Positions 14,989-17,011 of a DNA stretch of 17,011 bases are shown piece by piece. The position numbers were made by a program, and so were the translations under genes. The stretch covers positions 64,001 to 81,011 of IMG/VR virus record IMGVR_UViG_3300044475_000054; one strand, 5' to 3'. The notes under the pieces were generated by a model that saw only the letters and a program-made list of their open reading frames with translations, did no database searches and was not told the origin of the DNA. Position 1 is the stretch's first letter. Each line of letters opens with the position of its first letter. Origin of the DNA: a virus (Duplodnaviria; Heunggongvirae; Uroviricota; Caudoviricetes).

Positions 14989-16719
14989 TTAGAAACCAAG
15001 TTCAGGATCGTCATCTAAGCACTTAGGCTTGATTGTCACAGATTCTTTACCTTGTTGTGGTTGACTTGAATATTGCTCGTCTTCATCATAATGAATGATT
15101 GACCAATCATCATTGTTTATGGAGAAAGTATCTGCAACACCTAAATCACCACCTTCACGATTCTTTAGAACAACCCAACGGACTCGACCACGAGATCGAT
15201 CAGGCATAATCTCTTGCTCTAATCCTAACACGTTCCAAGCAATTTGTTCTAAACTTCCTGAACCACGCATTGTTTCCTTAGTCACTTGAACCCAAAACGG
15301 TTCGTCTTCCTTACCTTTAGGAGCTTGCATGTGTTGACTACCTTGTCGGTTAAGGTGAACAACTAACATCACGGCAACGTCATGTGCAGCACAGAATGCA
15401 GCGATTTCCGTCATAACAATGTCAATCTCCTTACGTTCATCTGTAACCTCACTACCACTGATAACCATACTAAGGTGATCTAGTAGAATGTATCGTGTGC
15501 CCTCTACAAAGTACATATGCTTGATCTTAGACATAAGCTCTTTGATAGGTAAAGAACCAAAGTGATCTAACATTACAATCTGTTTCTTACGAACTAAATC
15601 ATCGTAGACTTCTTTGATACGTTCTTCACTTGCAACAGATAAAGGGTCTCGCTTAAACTTCTTATAACTCACCTTCAAACGAGAAGCTACAAAACGTTGT
15701 AGAGTTTGTGTTTTCTTCTCTTCCAAATAAATACACCCTAAGCGCTCTCCCTGATCGATTGCATCTTCGGCTATCTTAGTTAGTCCAGTTGTCTTACCTA
15801 CGCCAGAACGTGCTGTTACAACAGTTAATTCGCCTGTTCTCCAACCATACAACATTTCAGATAATTTAGGGAAACTATTAATCTTAATGCCTTGAGGAAT
15901 TGGAGCAACAAGTTCAGAGAAATCTACATCTTCAACTTGAGCAATCTTTTCTGTTACAAGCGGTTTACGACCAAACTGAACTAACTTAGCTAACTCACTT
16001 GATTGTCCTGCTTGCATGTAATCAGAAGCATCTTTCTTTCCGTTTGTTGGTTGGATAGACCAAAGTTCAATACCACCAATGAAAGCTGCTGCTACAGCTT
16101 CACGAGCTTCTTTACCTTTCATCACACCCTTTTTCAATTCTAATGGTGTTGCTTCATCATCATCAAAAAAGATTGTCATGCTTTGGAAGCTTTTAACAAA
16201 GTCTTTGTTGTGTAACATACTCTCAACAGAGTTCTTTGTCCCTAAAGGAATTGAAACTACAAAAGGTTGATGTCCTTCATACTTAGTCCCTTTAACACTG
16301 TCACACTGAGCTTGGAATACAGATAAACAATCCCATTGCCCTTCTGTCACAGTAAAGTTTGTATGCTTACGATTGACTTGTTCTGCTACATTTTGTCCAA
16401 ACAACTTATTTCCAATGGCAACTGTTCCAACTGCTGACCAGTGCCACTTTTCATCTTTGTTCTTAGTTACATCTTGTTTTGTATAACCAACAATCTCACC
16501 CTTTTGGTTATATGATGGGAAGTAGTATGCTGTTGGTGTTTTACCATCTTTCTCGCTAAGAGAAGCACGTACACCAAACTTCATACAAGTCTCTTTGGTG
16601 ATTCCTCTTTGTAAGTTTTCAACAATTGGATAAAGTTTAATATCCTCAACTGTTTCTTTATTCACTACGTCATTCACAACTGCTTTCTCCATACGTTTTG
16701 TTTTAAACTCGTAACTCAA
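14989..16719 (-). CDS. DNA primase-helicase (T7 gp4-like TOPRIM + SF4 helicase)
   Basis: TOPRIM TEGQWD, FDDD and KDASD; helicase ARSGVGKT, LLDHL, VHLNR, RGSGSLEQ and KNREGG. TTG start with GGAG RBS. Confidence 0.95.
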   Translation of the reverse strand: MSYEFKTKRMEKAVVNDVVNKETVEDIKLYPIVENLQRGITKETCMKFGVRASLSEKDGKTPTAYYFPSYNQKGEIVGYTKQDVTKNKDEKWHWSAVGTVAIGNKLFGQNVAEQVNRKHTNFTVTEGQWDCLSVFQAQCDSVKGTKYEGHQPFVVSIPLGTKNSVESMLHNKDFVKSFQSMTIFFDDDEATPLELKKGVMKGKEAREAVAAAFIGGIELWSIQPTNGKKDASDYMQAGQSSELAKLVQFGRKPLVTEKIAQVEDVDFSELVAPIPQGIKINSFPKLSEMLYGWRTGELTVVTARSGVGKTTGLTKIAEDAIDQGERLGCIYLEEKKTQTLQRFVASRLKVSYKKFKRDPLSVASEERIKEVYDDLVRKKQIVMLDHFGSLPIKELMSKIKHMYFVEGTRYILLDHLSMVISGSEVTDERKEIDIVMTEIAAFCAAHDVAVMLVVHLNRQGSQHMQAPKGKEDEPFWVQVTKETMRGSGSLEQIAWNVLGLEQEIMPDRSRGRVRWVVLKNREGGDLGVADTFSINNDDWSIIHYDEDEQYSSQPQQGKESVTIKPKCLDDDPELGF

Positions 16720-16758
16720 TTTAAATCTCCTAAGATCGTTACACTGTTCGATACGAGC

Positions 16759-16788
16759 ATCCTACACCCAGTACCTCAATTCTGTCAA
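16759..16788 (-). promoter_or_regulatory. Sigma70-type promoter for the primase-helicase
   Basis: TTGACA (16788-16783), 18-nt spacer, TAGGAT (16764-16759). Confidence 0.55.
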
Positions 16789-16891
16789 CACTTGATACAA
16801 ACAAATTTACAAAGGTTAAATCTTACACAAACAGTAAAACTAAATATGTTTGAATTTCATCATCTTAACAAATCTTTACAGTTGAAAGGTA

Positions 16892-16920
16892 TTGACAAGC
16901 TAAAAGGTCAGCTCTATACT
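16892..16920 (+). promoter_or_regulatory. Divergent plus-strand sigma70 promoter
   Basis: TTGACA (16892-16897), 17-nt spacer, TATACT (16915-16920). No credible RBS-led ORF follows inside the window. Confidence 0.7.
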
Positions 16921-17011
16921 GCAATGATGGGATGGGGAGGAAGGTATATATCTAAACTAAATAATATTATATATCTTTTATCCTAGACCATGTATGATAC
17001 ACATACTAAAT

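Noticed and set aside
14221-16270. Plus-strand ORFs opposite pol and primase-helicase
   Set aside because: Antisense shadows of conserved genes.
16792-16986. Plus-strand 64-aa ORF in the right-hand intergenic region
   Set aside because: It starts upstream of and runs through the plus-strand promoter, with no RBS and low-complexity composition. The region is better read as regulatory.
1-17011. CRISPR array, tRNA, stop-codon recoding
   Set aside because: No regularly spaced repeats or cloverleaf candidates were seen, and known proteins are full length under the standard code.

Overview
AT-rich (roughly 35% GC by eye), gene-dense fragment of a large lytic tailed phage, probably infecting a gammaproteobacterium (host and taxon are inference). 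It is the DNA replication and nucleotide-metabolism module, with every credible gene on the minus strand. In transcription order (right to left): T7 gp4-like primase-helicase; family A DNA polymerase; a free-standing T5orf172/GIY-YIG-like endonuclease; four small hypotheticals; a probable SSB; four small ORFs (one GapR/DsbA-like); a 5'-3' exonuclease; endonuclease VII; three small acidic ORFs; an HNH-like/AP2 protein; an HTH-DEDD-Zn-ribbon exonuclease; a DUF3310 protein; a hypothetical; class Ia nrdA and nrdB; and a glutaredoxin-like gene running off the left edge. Intergenic gaps hold sigma70-type promoters and hairpins. The most notable observations are a primase-helicase with no zinc-binding domain, an origin-like divergent promoter/G-rich/AT-rich region at the right end, a terminator hairpin that carries the -35 box of the polymerase promoter, and acidic Phe-terminated tails on both SSB and helicase. 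No tRNA, rRNA, CRISPR array, intron or intein was seen. All family assignments come from motif recognition, not database searches.
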